From a virus, in UHGV virus genome UHGV-0209063: a stretch of DNA of 36,849 bases. One strand, written 5' to 3'. The notes under the pieces are model-generated. The model did no database searches. It was not told where the DNA came from and saw only the letters and a program-made list of their open reading frames with translations. Below, in pieces: positions 1 to 8,380 of the stretch. The translations under genes and the position numbers were made by a program. The first letter of the stretch is position 1; each line of letters begins with the position of its first letter.

Positions 1-3
1 ATT

Positions 4-723
4 ATGAAAAACATTAAAAAGATTATCATTTTATTATTGGCTGTAATGCTGTTGATAACAAATATTCAGCCAGCCAGTGCAAAGAAATCGAAAAAGGTAT
101 ATTTTACCTGTGATACGGAGGATATTACAGTTGGAGATACCGTAAAAGTGAGTATAAAGAATTGCAAAGAGAAAGTTAAATGGAGTATATTTGAATCTCA
201 TGTAAAAATAAAGAAGAAGAATAAAAAATCAATTGTTTTTCAGCCTACAAGAGCAGGCAGAGTTGCTGTTATAGCTAAAACAAAGTCGGATAGGCACATA
301 TACGTATATGATGTTTCGGAATTTTATTATGAGGATATGACTGCATCTGCAACTCTTAATGGAATATATTGCAAAGCAAAGTATTCTGATGAGAATAAAA
401 AATTAAAGCTTCATTTTGTTAATAATAGTGATGTTGGGGTTAATTTAAGTAGTTCATGGACTGGAGATTTGGCTGTTACAATAGTAACTGATGAAATGAA
501 GAAAGGGTATATTGTTGATCCTTTCGAACAGGAAGACTTTATGGATCACGATAATCTGTTGCCGGATGTAGATTCAACAATAGTCATTAAAACACCAAAG
601 GTAAGAGGGCAAATTCAAATGGTTAAAATAAATGGAATACTGTATCTTGATGAAAGAGGAATGCCATTACATGATCAATCTGGTAATGAAGTAAAAGACA
701 TTATGGAAATATATTTTGAATGA
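4..723 (+). CDS. Secreted/surface protein with signal peptide and Ig-like N-terminal region (accessory gene, possible superinfection exclusion)
   Basis: MKNIKK + hydrophobic core + ASA cleavage motif; ITVGDTVKVS...VKWS Ig-like pattern; AT-rich. Confidence 0.6.
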   Translation: MKNIKKIIILLLAVMLLITNIQPASAKKSKKVYFTCDTEDITVGDTVKVSIKNCKEKVKWSIFESHVKIKKKNKKSIVFQPTRAGRVAVIAKTKSDRHIYVYDVSEFYYEDMTASATLNGIYCKAKYSDENKKLKLHFVNNSDVGVNLSSSWTGDLAVTIVTDEMKKGYIVDPFEQEDFMDHDNLLPDVDSTIVIKTPKVRGQIQMVKINGILYLDERGMPLHDQSGNEVKDIMEIYFE

Positions 724-742
724 TTATATGTAAAATAAGCGT

Positions 743-778
743 AGGACCAGGTAAAAAGCCTGGTTCTTTTTATTTTTT
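743..778 (+). terminator. Rho-independent terminator
   Basis: GGACCAGG-taaaaag-CCTGGTTC followed by T-run. Confidence 0.75.
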
Positions 779-800
779 GAAATTCTCCCATATTACAGAT

Positions 801-817
801 GTATCAAAAATTGATAC
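801..817. promoter_or_regulatory. Palindromic operator-like site upstream of a 32-aa ORF
   Basis: GTATCAA-AAA-TTGATAC perfect inverted repeat. Confidence 0.4.
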
Positions 818-846
818 TTCAATTAATTAAGAAAGGGGAGGAGTGT

Positions 847-945
847 ATGGATATTAAAGAGGAAATTATTGAAATCATAAAGGATATTGAAGACATCCGT
901 ATTCTTGAACAGATTAAGAGAATGATTATCAATGTAACAGAATAA
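847..945 (+). CDS. 32-aa amphipathic peptide convergent with CI (possible anti-repressor)
   Basis: Strong RBS AAGGGGAGGAG; MDIKEEIIEIIKDIEDIRILEQIKRMIINVTE; below the ORF-track cutoff. Confidence 0.6.
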   Translation: MDIKEEIIEIIKDIEDIRILEQIKRMIINVTE

Positions 946-967
946 TTGCGGAATTATTCACACAAAA

Positions 968-1005
968 GGAAGAGACCAGATACAGTGATGTACCTGGTCT
1001 TTTTG
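968..1005. terminator. Hairpin between convergent genes (bidirectional terminator)
   Basis: AAGAGACCAG-ATACA...TGTAC-CTGGTCTTTTT. Confidence 0.65.
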
Positions 1006-1374
1006 CTAATTGGAATTTTTATCGAATTCATCAAGAAACTGCTCAAGATGCTGCCAGCCTTCGTCAGAGAGCTGTGCAAGTGCCAACGAGATCCTTTTTT
1101 TAAATGAGCTGTCCTCCATCTCTGCAACGTCGTTAAAGTATTCAAGAATCTGCAGGTTCTTATTAACAGGCTTGAACATATCACCCTCTCCGGTTCTTAG
1201 CCACTCTTCATTAACTTTAAATTCCCTACAAATGGATTTAATAATCGCATCTATAGGGGTATTCCTTCCGGTTTCATAATTGGCAAAGGAATTTCTTTTT
1301 ATACCTATTCTGTCTGCAAATTCTTGTTGAGTAAGATTTAAAGCTTTTCTAAGGTCCTTTAATCGTTCATTCAT
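1006..1374 (-). CDS. CI-like XRE helix-turn-helix repressor
   Basis: RLKDLRKALNLTQQEFADRIGIKRNSFANYETGR HTH; NEEWLRTGEGDMF motif; transcribed divergently from the early operon. Confidence 0.92.
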   Translation of the reverse strand: MNERLKDLRKALNLTQQEFADRIGIKRNSFANYETGRNTPIDAIIKSICREFKVNEEWLRTGEGDMFKPVNKNLQILEYFNDVAEMEDSSFKKRISLALAQLSDEGWQHLEQFLDEFDKNSN

Positions 1375-1401
1375 GTGAGTTTCACCTCTTTTCTAACAAC
1401 A

Positions 1402-1430
1402 AGAATACAGCGTACACACACTGTTGTCAA
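1402..1430 (-). promoter_or_regulatory. SigA promoter of the repressor
   Basis: Minus strand TTGACA-17bp-TATTCT. Confidence 0.7.
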
Positions 1431-1460
1431 TAAAAAGGTGCTAAAAGCAACAAAAAAGTA

Positions 1461-1507
1461 TTGACAAACGTGCTAACAGGACTTATTATTGTGTTGTAAG
1501 CAACACA
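1461..1507 (+). promoter_or_regulatory. Early lytic SigA promoter with overlapping operator
   Basis: TTGACA(1461)-17bp-TATTAT(1484); palindrome TGTGTTG-TAAG-CAACACA at 1490-1507; related half-sites at ~1438-1453. Confidence 0.75.
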
Positions 1508-1552
1508 CCAATATTGAAAAGAACAGAAAAAAGGCAGCAGGAGGTGAAAGTT

Positions 1553-1762
1553 GTGAGCACCACAAAAGCAGTAGCAATAATTCTATTAATAATGTCAGGT
1601 GTATCTTTCCTAACAGGCATTGAAGCAATTGTTATGAAAATTGGGGCATGGCTTGATTTAGAGTACGACATTGACAAAATAACAACAGTAGTTGTGGTTA
1701 TTTCTGCTGTACTTGGAATTATATTTTTGAGTGCAGGAAAAATAGCGAAGGAGCTTATTTGA
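1553..1762 (+). CDS. Small two-TM membrane protein
   Basis: RBS GGAGGTG then GTG at 1553; two hydrophobic segments. Confidence 0.6.
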   Translation: MSTTKAVAIILLIMSGVSFLTGIEAIVMKIGAWLDLEYDIDKITTVVVVISAVLGIIFLSAGKIAKELI

Positions 1763-2162
1763 AAAAAATATCAAATACAGAGAGGGAAAATTGAACAGCA
1801 CCAAAGAACAATGTAAGTGTTACAGGAATCCAGTATCGGAGCGTTGCATCCTTTAATTCTTCAATATATGCGACCCCTTTTTCAGTAATGAGAAGCCTGT
1901 TGCTTGGTTGAAAGTATTTTACATGTACAAAGCGATCCTTAATTATTTCATCGTCGTTTGTAGACTTGTTGGTAAGTCCTTCTGGATTGGATTTATAAAC
2001 TACGAAAGAAATGTAGCCCAATCTATAAAGTGATTCAACAGCAGACTGAACCGCATAATCGGTCTTGAAATGCTTATCAGCATGTAAGTCGGAGTAAATT
2101 ATAGTGTTATCATTTTTGATTATCGTTTTAAGAATTTTCTTTTGATTTTTAGAAAGAGACAT
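1755..2162 (-). CDS. Winged-helix-like protein with C-terminal TM helix (antisense moron, paralog 1)
   Basis: RBS AAGGAG before MSLSKNQ; own TG-TATACT promoter at ~2183-2212; ITEKG wing motif; hydrophobic C-terminus. Confidence 0.65.
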   Translation of the reverse strand: MSLSKNQKKILKTIIKNDNTIIYSDLHADKHFKTDYAVQSAVESLYRLGYISFVVYKSNPEGLTNKSTNDDEIIKDRFVHVKYFQPSNRLLITEKGVAYIEELKDATLRYWIPVTLTLFFGAVQFSLSVFDIFFK

Positions 2163-2276
2163 AGTTAAAACTCCTTTGCGTTTTTTGTTTGAGTATAGCA
2201 TAGGATAGGTGAACAAAACAATAGATGAGTGTGCCAGTTGTTGTATGTGAATAAATGTTCAAGGAGGTGAAAGATA

Positions 2277-2452
2277 TGAACACAACACCAGTAATGATAG
2301 AAGATGAAGAGAGAATCTTGGGAAGGCTGGTAAAGGCACTGCCAAGGATGAATGACTATCAGAGGGGCTACCTTGTATGTCTGCTGGACATGAACAGCAA
2401 GCCAGAGCCGGAGATAGTCAATTCAGCAGGAAAGGGGGTGAAGGAAAGGTGA
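2277..2452 (+). CDS. Small early phage regulatory protein (Cro position)
   Basis: RBS AAGGAGGTG; helical ERILGRLVKALPRMNDYQRGYL. Confidence 0.6.
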
Positions 2453-2670
2453 AAGAAGCAGCAGATATATCATTAGCGATAACAATATTTAGTTATGTAA
2501 TCACGACAATCTTGATTATAGGTACACTTTATTGGTGGGATAGTATACCCGACCGTGTAAAAGACATACTTGATATTGTAGGGGACATATCAGCAGCAGT
2601 TACGTTCATTTTAATAATTATAACCGGCGGTCTTTTAGCTTGTTCGGCAATTGCTAAAACTGTCATGTGA
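2449..2670 (+). CDS. Small two-TM membrane protein
   Basis: GTGA overlap with the upstream stop; two hydrophobic segments. Confidence 0.6.
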   Translation: MKEAADISLAITIFSYVITTILIIGTLYWWDSIPDRVKDILDIVGDISAAVTFILIIITGGLLACSAIAKTVM

Positions 2671-2704
2671 TCATTTTAGGTGTGATGAAACAGATAAGAA
2701 TTAG

Positions 2705-3103
2705 TCACTTACAGCTTGATAAGAGCGACAAAAATGAAACAAATAAACTTATAACAGAAATTATCAATGTAGCTTTGGATTGTTTTTTGAAATATCTATA
2801 TTCATCACGCAAAACGTGGCCGGAAGATGTAATGAATAATCGTGTATGAGGGGTTAAGTAATTAACTTCTTCAAAATAATCACGGATCATATCATCATCA
2901 CTGGACTTGCTGGAAAAGAATTTGGGGTTAATTTTGGGAACGCCATACAATATGTAATCATTTTCCCTAAGATATTGAACAGCGGATTGTAACGCGAAGT
3001 CTGATTTAAACTTCCTGCATGAATGCAAATCACAATAAAGAATATTTCCGTTGGATTTGATTATTTTGTCAAGAACAATGAATTGGGTATGTGTCAGGTA
3101 CAT
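2705..3103 (-). CDS. Winged-helix-like protein with C-terminal TM helix (antisense moron, paralog 2)
   Basis: Aligns by eye with 1755-2162 (IIK...IxYxDLH...FKxD(Y/F)A(V/L)QSAV..L...YI...RLxIT..G); RBS AAAGGA; own promoter TTGCTA-17-CATAAT at ~3159-3187. Confidence 0.65.
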   Translation of the reverse strand: MYLTHTQFIVLDKIIKSNGNILYCDLHSCRKFKSDFALQSAVQYLRENDYILYGVPKINPKFFSSKSSDDDMIRDYFEEVNYLTPHTRLFITSSGHVLRDEYRYFKKQSKATLIISVISLFVSFLSLLSSCK

Positions 3104-3211
3104 AGCAGCAGCATCCTTTCATAGGTAATATATTTGGCTTGGCGGAGCCTGTAATTACATTATGGAAAAAAAGTAAGGAAATAGCAAGAAAATAGAAAAG
3201 GAGAAACGATT

Positions 3212-3472
3212 ATGTGTATGAGAGAAATGGTATTAAATGACACAGTTGAGATGATGAACAGTGAGGATTACAAGGATAGATTCAAAGCAGAATACTATCA
3301 GGTAGCAATTCGTTATAAAAAGTTGAAGGCAATGCTTGATAAGTGGGATAAAGGTACATTGGAATTTCAGCCTACATGTCCCAAAAGTACATATAATATG
3401 CAGATTAAATCAATGGCAGACTATATTGCCGTACTTGAAGCTAGAGCTGTAATGGAAGGAATTGATTTATAG
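3212..3472 (+). CDS. Conserved phage coiled-coil protein (crAss001_48-like)
   Basis: MMNSEDYKDRFKAEYYQ...PTCP...Y..VLEARAVMEGIDL family signature. Confidence 0.7.
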   Translation: MCMREMVLNDTVEMMNSEDYKDRFKAEYYQVAIRYKKLKAMLDKWDKGTLEFQPTCPKSTYNMQIKSMADYIAVLEARAVMEGIDL

Positions 3473-3601
3473 AGTGTGCTGCTTAGACTTCTGTCAAGTG
3501 CCTGGCAAGTAGATGCTAACACATATGGAAAACAAAATCAAATTTATGTAATAGGACATTCATAAAAGACAATACAAATAAAGAAGAGAGGAGTTGAGCT
3601 T

Positions 3602-3811
3602 ATGGCTAAGAAGAAGCATGAGGAAGATAAATACTATCCACCAATTACATACTATTCAGATAAGGCAATAGTAACTGTACATCATCCAATACTGACTGAT
3701 GAAGAACGTGCTCGCCGGATGGAGAGGGTTAAAAAGGCAGCTACAGAAGTATTAAAGGATATGTATGCCAAGGGAACATTACCGCAGCAGAGAAATATGA
3801 AAAAGGATTAA
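3602..3811 (+). CDS. Hypothetical phage protein
   Basis: RBS GAGGAG; VHHPILTDEERARRME motif typical of Firmicutes prophages. Confidence 0.65.
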   Translation: MAKKKHEEDKYYPPITYYSDKAIVTVHHPILTDEERARRMERVKKAATEVLKDMYAKGTLPQQRNMKKD

Positions 3812-3962
3812 TAAGAATAAGGGGGGAAGATGTAAGGTCTGCAGCATGCACATATAAAGATAACACACACTTTTACATACGGAATCACACCTAATGTGCT
3901 GCAGGATTGCACCTTCCCCCTTATTGGACAAGCTGTTGAATAAATGAAAGAAGGAACATTGG

Positions 3963-4238
3963 ATGAAGAAAGCAAAAGTCACAGTAGCGCAAGTTGCAGT
4001 TGCATCAATTAATATTTTCACATCAGACTGTATGGCTGTAGCCAAAGAAAACTGGTGCCAAAGTCAGGTGGATATGCTTGAAAGGTTGTTTACATGCGTA
4101 TCACGTGGATGTGATTACAAGTGTGTAGGATGTACTTATTTTGGAAAACCATCAGATGCCCCGGAGAATAACCCGGATGACTGCATGTGGCAGCCTGGTG
4201 GTGAGGATGGATTTGAGAAGCCATGCGAAGGAGAGTAA
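3963..4238 (+). CDS. Hypothetical Cys-rich phage protein
   Basis: RBS AAGGA; CxxC motifs. Confidence 0.55.
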   Translation: MKKAKVTVAQVAVASINIFTSDCMAVAKENWCQSQVDMLERLFTCVSRGCDYKCVGCTYFGKPSDAPENNPDDCMWQPGGEDGFEKPCEGE

Positions 4239-4241
4239 GTT

Positions 4242-4598
4242 ATGAACCCATGTATTATATGCGAAGCTCCCGGACACAGCCACCATATTGTGTACCGAAG
4301 TCACGGAGGGCTTGATAACAAATTGAACAGAATAGACCTTTGCTCGGTGCATCATAATCTCGGACCGGATTCACCCCACAGAAACCATCTTGTTGACATA
4401 TCTTATAAAACCAGGTTGCAGGAACAGTACTTCGAACTGTTTGAAGAAGGTAAGGAGTATTCCATCAAAGACATAGCAGGGATTATTGGTATGTCTGAGA
4501 GGAAGGTTGGTGAAGCATTTCGTAAGGTTAACAACAATGCCGGAATGTACAGTCAGGAAGATATTGTTAGACGACTGATGGGGGGAAGGCTGTATTGA
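4242..4598 (+). CDS. HNH endonuclease-like protein with C-terminal HTH
   Basis: CIIC...HSHHIVYRSHGG...NRIDLCSVHH. Confidence 0.8.
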   Translation: MNPCIICEAPGHSHHIVYRSHGGLDNKLNRIDLCSVHHNLGPDSPHRNHLVDISYKTRLQEQYFELFEEGKEYSIKDIAGIIGMSERKVGEAFRKVNNNAGMYSQEDIVRRLMGGRLY

Positions 4599-4756
4599 AG
4601 CAGGATGTCAGCTGCCACGACTGCTTCAGGTCGTACAGATGCATGGACAGGTCAAGGAACTACATATGTAATTGTTTCCGGGAGAAGCGTGGGGATGCAA
4701 AAAAGGATAATGCAGACAATAAGTCACATGGAAGGGGATGGGGGCATGGGCGTTGA
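4595..4756 (+). CDS. Small Cys-rich hypothetical protein
   Basis: TTGA overlap with the HNH stop; MKQDVSCHDCFRSYRCMDRSRNYICNCF; not in the ORF track. Confidence 0.45.
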   Translation: MKQDVSCHDCFRSYRCMDRSRNYICNCFREKRGDAKKDNADNKSHGRGWGHGR

Positions 4757-4964
4757 ACCATTTTACATAAATACATGTACCGAATGCCGTGCAGTGTATA
4801 TGAACTGCCATCGGGAGAACGTATGCAGCAGGTGCGGTGGGTACGCCATAAGTGAGACCTGTGTCCAGCGTGACATCAGGCTTGGCATAACACAGGACAA
4901 CAAATATTCATACAAAATCAATGACCAGTTAAAAGGGACCAAGTGGGAAAAGAAGTTAGTGTAG
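4746..4964 (+). CDS. Zinc-ribbon protein
   Basis: CTEC...CSRCGG; G-rich RBS; C-terminal part of ORF 4605-4964. Confidence 0.55.
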   Translation: MGVEPFYINTCTECRAVYMNCHRENVCSRCGGYAISETCVQRDIRLGITQDNKYSYKINDQLKGTKWEKKLV

Positions 4965-4981
4965 AAGAAAAGGAGGTAATT

Positions 4982-6349
4982 ATGAAGATACGGAATACCC
5001 CGGTTAACCTGGGGATCAGTGAACTTCATCCGCACCCGCACAACCCAAGGAAAGAGCTTGGGGACCTGTCGGAGCTGACGGAAAGCATCAGGACAGCCGG
5101 AAGCGTGTACCAGAACCTTGCGGTCATACCGGGGCATTATAAGGGTGATGAGCTGGTTGAGGGGGGATACACGATTATTATCGGGCACAGGCGTTGTGCT
5201 GCAGCGAAAGCAGCGGGGCTTACCAGGCTGCCATGTAAGGTTATAGAGGGCAGCACGCTCAATGAACAGATAGCGATGATGCTTGAGGAGAATATCCAGA
5301 GGAATGACCTGACTGTGTATGAGCAGGCGCAGAGCTTCCAGCTGATGCTTGACCTCGGGGAAACAGAGGACAGTATCGCGGACAAGACCGGATTTTCCAG
5401 ACAAACTGTCAGGCACAGGCTTGAACTTGCAAAACTGGACAAGGACATCTTCAAGCAGAAGACAGGTGACGAGGGCTTCCAGATGACGCTTAAGGATATG
5501 TATGTCCTTGAACAGATTGAGGATGTTGACGCAAGGAATGAAGTATTGAGCAGTGCCGAGAACTCTTCACAGCTTGCATGGAAGGCAGCCAATAAGCTGA
5601 GGGAGATTGAATGTAAAAAGAATAAGAAGCTGCTCATTGCAATGCTGGTGGAACGTGGTGTCACGGAAGTACCCAAAAGCTATGAAAGGGAGCAGTACAC
5701 CGGGAAGTGGGAAAGGATTAAGGAGTACCAGCTGGATTGTGACCTGCCCAAGAGGATAAAGCTTGAAAAGTCGGACGAGCCATATTACTACTATGCAACT
5801 GACAGATATGTCAGTATTGTCCGGAAGGTTAAAAAGGTAAAAGGTGAGCCGACGGAATGTGAAATACAGCAGAAGAAGATGAAAGCCGCAAATAATGAGC
5901 TTGCAACAATTAAGGGAAGGCTTGATGGGGATATAAGGGAGTTTATCATTGGGATTGCTGATGGAAGGTATACGATCCCCAAGTCTTATGAGGCACAGGT
6001 AATGAAGGAAGTATGGGGGATTATGACCAGCCTGAACTACTGCGGTGTAGGAATGGAGTCAATGATAAATTACCTGACAGGTAAATATACATATGAAATG
6101 ACTCTGGATGAAAAGGATGGCTGCAGGGAAAGGGTTGAAAAGCTGACCATGCTCCGGCAGATGATCGTATGCGTGGGGAGGGGCCTTAACAGGGATTGTA
6201 AGTTAGTGGGATATCCGTGTTCATACAAGGAGAAGGAAGGGAAATGCTACCAGTCAGTGGTCAACCTGCTTGAAGGGTATGGTTTTACGTTGGATGAGGA
6301 TGAGCGTCAGCTGGTTGATGGCACACATGTGCTGTATGGAGAGGAGTAA
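4982..6349 (+). CDS. ParB/RepB/Spo0J-family protein
   Basis: PHPHNPRK...L..SI...G..QNL.V...IIIGHRR..AAK.AGL...PC; ENIQRNDL; HTH; RBS AGGAGGT. Confidence 0.88.
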   Translation: MKIRNTPVNLGISELHPHPHNPRKELGDLSELTESIRTAGSVYQNLAVIPGHYKGDELVEGGYTIIIGHRRCAAAKAAGLTRLPCKVIEGSTLNEQIAMMLEENIQRNDLTVYEQAQSFQLMLDLGETEDSIADKTGFSRQTVRHRLELAKLDKDIFKQKTGDEGFQMTLKDMYVLEQIEDVDARNEVLSSAENSSQLAWKAANKLREIECKKNKKLLIAMLVERGVTEVPKSYEREQYTGKWERIKEYQLDCDLPKRIKLEKSDEPYYYYATDRYVSIVRKVKKVKGEPTECEIQQKKMKAANNELATIKGRLDGDIREFIIGIADGRYTIPKSYEAQVMKEVWGIMTSLNYCGVGMESMINYLTGKYTYEMTLDEKDGCRERVEKLTMLRQMIVCVGRGLNRDCKLVGYPCSYKEKEGKCYQSVVNLLEGYGFTLDEDERQLVDGTHVLYGEE

Positions 6350-6353
6350 GGAT

Positions 6354-6917
6354 ATGAGAGTATACATCAGCGGTAAGATTACCGGGACAACAGATTATAT
6401 GAAGAGGTTTGAGGCGGCAGAGCGTAGGATTACTGCTGCAGGTGACGTGGCAGTCAACCCGGCCAGGATCAATGCGTACCTGCCTGCAGGGACAACGCAT
6501 GAGCAGTATATGGAGGCTTCGGTCAGGCTGCTGAAGACGTGTGACTGTATGTATGTCCTCAGGGACTGGTATGGTTCCAAAGGGGTAATGGAGGAGCTGT
6601 CGAGTGCAAGGATGTTTGGCATACCAACATATTTTGAGGAGCTGGAGAACCTTGAGAATGTCGTTGCAGGTGCGATGAAGCATATCATGAAGAGCTCAGA
6701 TTATGACATGAAGGTGAGGATTGCCGTTAATGAGGCAAGGGAAGTGCTGGACATCCTGTACCTTAAATATAAGGCATATGCTGAAACCGGACTGAGGCCG
6801 GAAGAGCTCGGGGCGGTGGATGAAGAGTACTGCAGGCTTTCTAGGAGGGTGCACAGGGATGAACAGTTGCTGCAGAAGATAGGTGAGATTGTCAATGACG
6901 GAAAGGTGACTGCATGA
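6354..6917 (+). CDS. DUF4406 (nucleoside deoxyribosyltransferase-like) protein with C-terminal phage extension
   Basis: RVYISGKITG...F..AE...VNPA...YM...LL..CD..Y.L..W..SKG...E. Confidence 0.8.
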   Translation: MRVYISGKITGTTDYMKRFEAAERRITAAGDVAVNPARINAYLPAGTTHEQYMEASVRLLKTCDCMYVLRDWYGSKGVMEELSSARMFGIPTYFEELENLENVVAGAMKHIMKSSDYDMKVRIAVNEAREVLDILYLKYKAYAETGLRPEELGAVDEEYCRLSRRVHRDEQLLQKIGEIVNDGKVTA

Positions 6918-7240
6918 AGCTGTATATGACTACCCGGGAGATTGAATATGAATATCTCCATGCAGTTAAGAAGAGAAAACAGATCAATATACTGGCGGAA
7001 CTGAATGGAACAGTTCCGCTTGCGGTATGCCATATTTTATATGAAAAGAATGTGCTGGATGTTTCAGGTTCCATTGGCAGACGGTACTACGCCATGCGCC
7101 TGATGCATGAAGGAAAAACTGCCGGATATATAGAAAGGGAACTTGGCATACCACCGGGAAGGGTTGAAGACATCCGCAGGGAGCTGCAGGAAAATGGCTG
7201 GATATTTGAGGACTTACAGAAAGAGTACTTGGACTGCTGA
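6914..7240 (+). CDS. Hypothetical HTH-like phage protein
   Basis: ATGA overlap; KQINILAELN motif; C-terminal HTH-like segment. Confidence 0.6.
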   Translation: MKLYMTTREIEYEYLHAVKKRKQINILAELNGTVPLAVCHILYEKNVLDVSGSIGRRYYAMRLMHEGKTAGYIERELGIPPGRVEDIRRELQENGWIFEDLQKEYLDC

Positions 7241-7285
7241 ATGTAGTGAGAGCCCAGAAGAATTGAACAATTATTAAAAATTAAT

Positions 7286-7326
7286 CCTGAAAACTGGGAG
7301 ATTTTTTTCCAGAAAGATATTATTTT
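7286..7326 (+). promoter_or_regulatory. Phage-specific promoter motif, copy 1 (upstream of rep)
   Basis: CCTGAAAACTGGGAGATTT, with TATTTT 35 nt after the CC. Confidence 0.45.
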
Positions 7327-7438
7327 GGAATTGCAGCATTAAAAACCGCAATATTGTAATACAAAACATGACGAGTGGGCGGCCGCTTTTAGTAACACTA
7401 TCAGTATATTAAAGTTAGACGCACAGGGGGAGGAACAT

Positions 7439-8251
7439 ATGGCATACAGGGAATGTATATATGACCTGGGGGATATCAGGGAGCATGAGATACGCCATGC
7501 CGGGAAGTATGGAGCCAAGGGTGAGAGGAGAGCACCAAGACAGAAGGCTACCCCGGAGCAGATAAAAAAGCAGAACCAGCGTAACCGTGAGAACTATATG
7601 CGCAGGCTGATATTGCTGAACTTTAATATTGGTGATTACTGGGTGACACTGAAATACCCGAAAGGCACAAGGAAACCGATAGACCGGGTACGTAAGGATT
7701 TCAAGAATTTCATTAACAGGCTCAAGAGAAGGTACAAGAAGGCTGCTGCAGAGTTGAAATACATATACCGGCTGGAAGTTGGTGAGCGTGGGGGCATACA
7801 CATCCATATGGTCATCAACAGGGTTGAGGGGTCTGACATGATGCTCACGGACAGCTGGTCTGATGGGAACGTGTACATGGCCCCGATGTATGAAGAGGGA
7901 TGGTTCAGGAAGCTTGCCGAATATATCGTGAAAAACAAAGAGGAGGCAGCAGGACAGCTGTCACTGTTTGATGAGGCTGAAAGGAAAAAGCTGACTTCGT
8001 ATTCATGTTCCAGGAATCTTGAAAAGCCTGTGCCGGTCATAAAAGAGTATACAAGGAGGACTGTGGAGAGGATTGTCCGGGATGGTATCACACCGGCAAA
8101 AGGGTTTTATGTTGACAAGGAATCAGTATACAGCGGGGTTAATCCGTTTACCGGGATGTCGTTCCTGTGCTATACGGAAGTCAGGATTAAGGGGAGGTGT
8201 AACAGACGAAGAGGCTTATTAACGGAGCATGGGGCAAGGAAAGGAATATAA
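7439..8251 (+). CDS. HUH rolling-circle replication-associated (Rep) endonuclease
   Basis: Motif I WVTLKY, motif II GIHIHMVI, motif III LAEYIVK; RBS GGAGG. Confidence 0.82.
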   Translation: MAYRECIYDLGDIREHEIRHAGKYGAKGERRAPRQKATPEQIKKQNQRNRENYMRRLILLNFNIGDYWVTLKYPKGTRKPIDRVRKDFKNFINRLKRRYKKAAAELKYIYRLEVGERGGIHIHMVINRVEGSDMMLTDSWSDGNVYMAPMYEEGWFRKLAEYIVKNKEEAAGQLSLFDEAERKKLTSYSCSRNLEKPVPVIKEYTRRTVERIVRDGITPAKGFYVDKESVYSGVNPFTGMSFLCYTEVRIKGRCNRRRGLLTEHGARKGI

Positions 8252-8379
8252 TTGCGTTCTGCTGTTATAAAGGGCACAAGGGCTATATTACGCGGAGACA
8301 GCGTAAGGAGCACAAGTGTCTTAAAAAGAACTGCAGATGTTACATACCATTACGCAGGATGGAAGGAAAGGGGAAATAA
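8206..8379 (+). pseudogene. 57-codon Cys/His-rich ORF whose only plausible start is ACG
   Basis: RBS GGAGGTG 6 nt upstream of ACG; AFCCYKGHKGYIT...HKCLKKNCRC; stop lies 1 nt before the next ATG (8381). Confidence 0.6.
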
Positions 8380-8380
8380 T

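Noticed and set aside
2667..2849. 60-aa + strand ORF
   Set aside because: Almost wholly antisense to the better-supported gene at 2705-3103, with no clear RBS.
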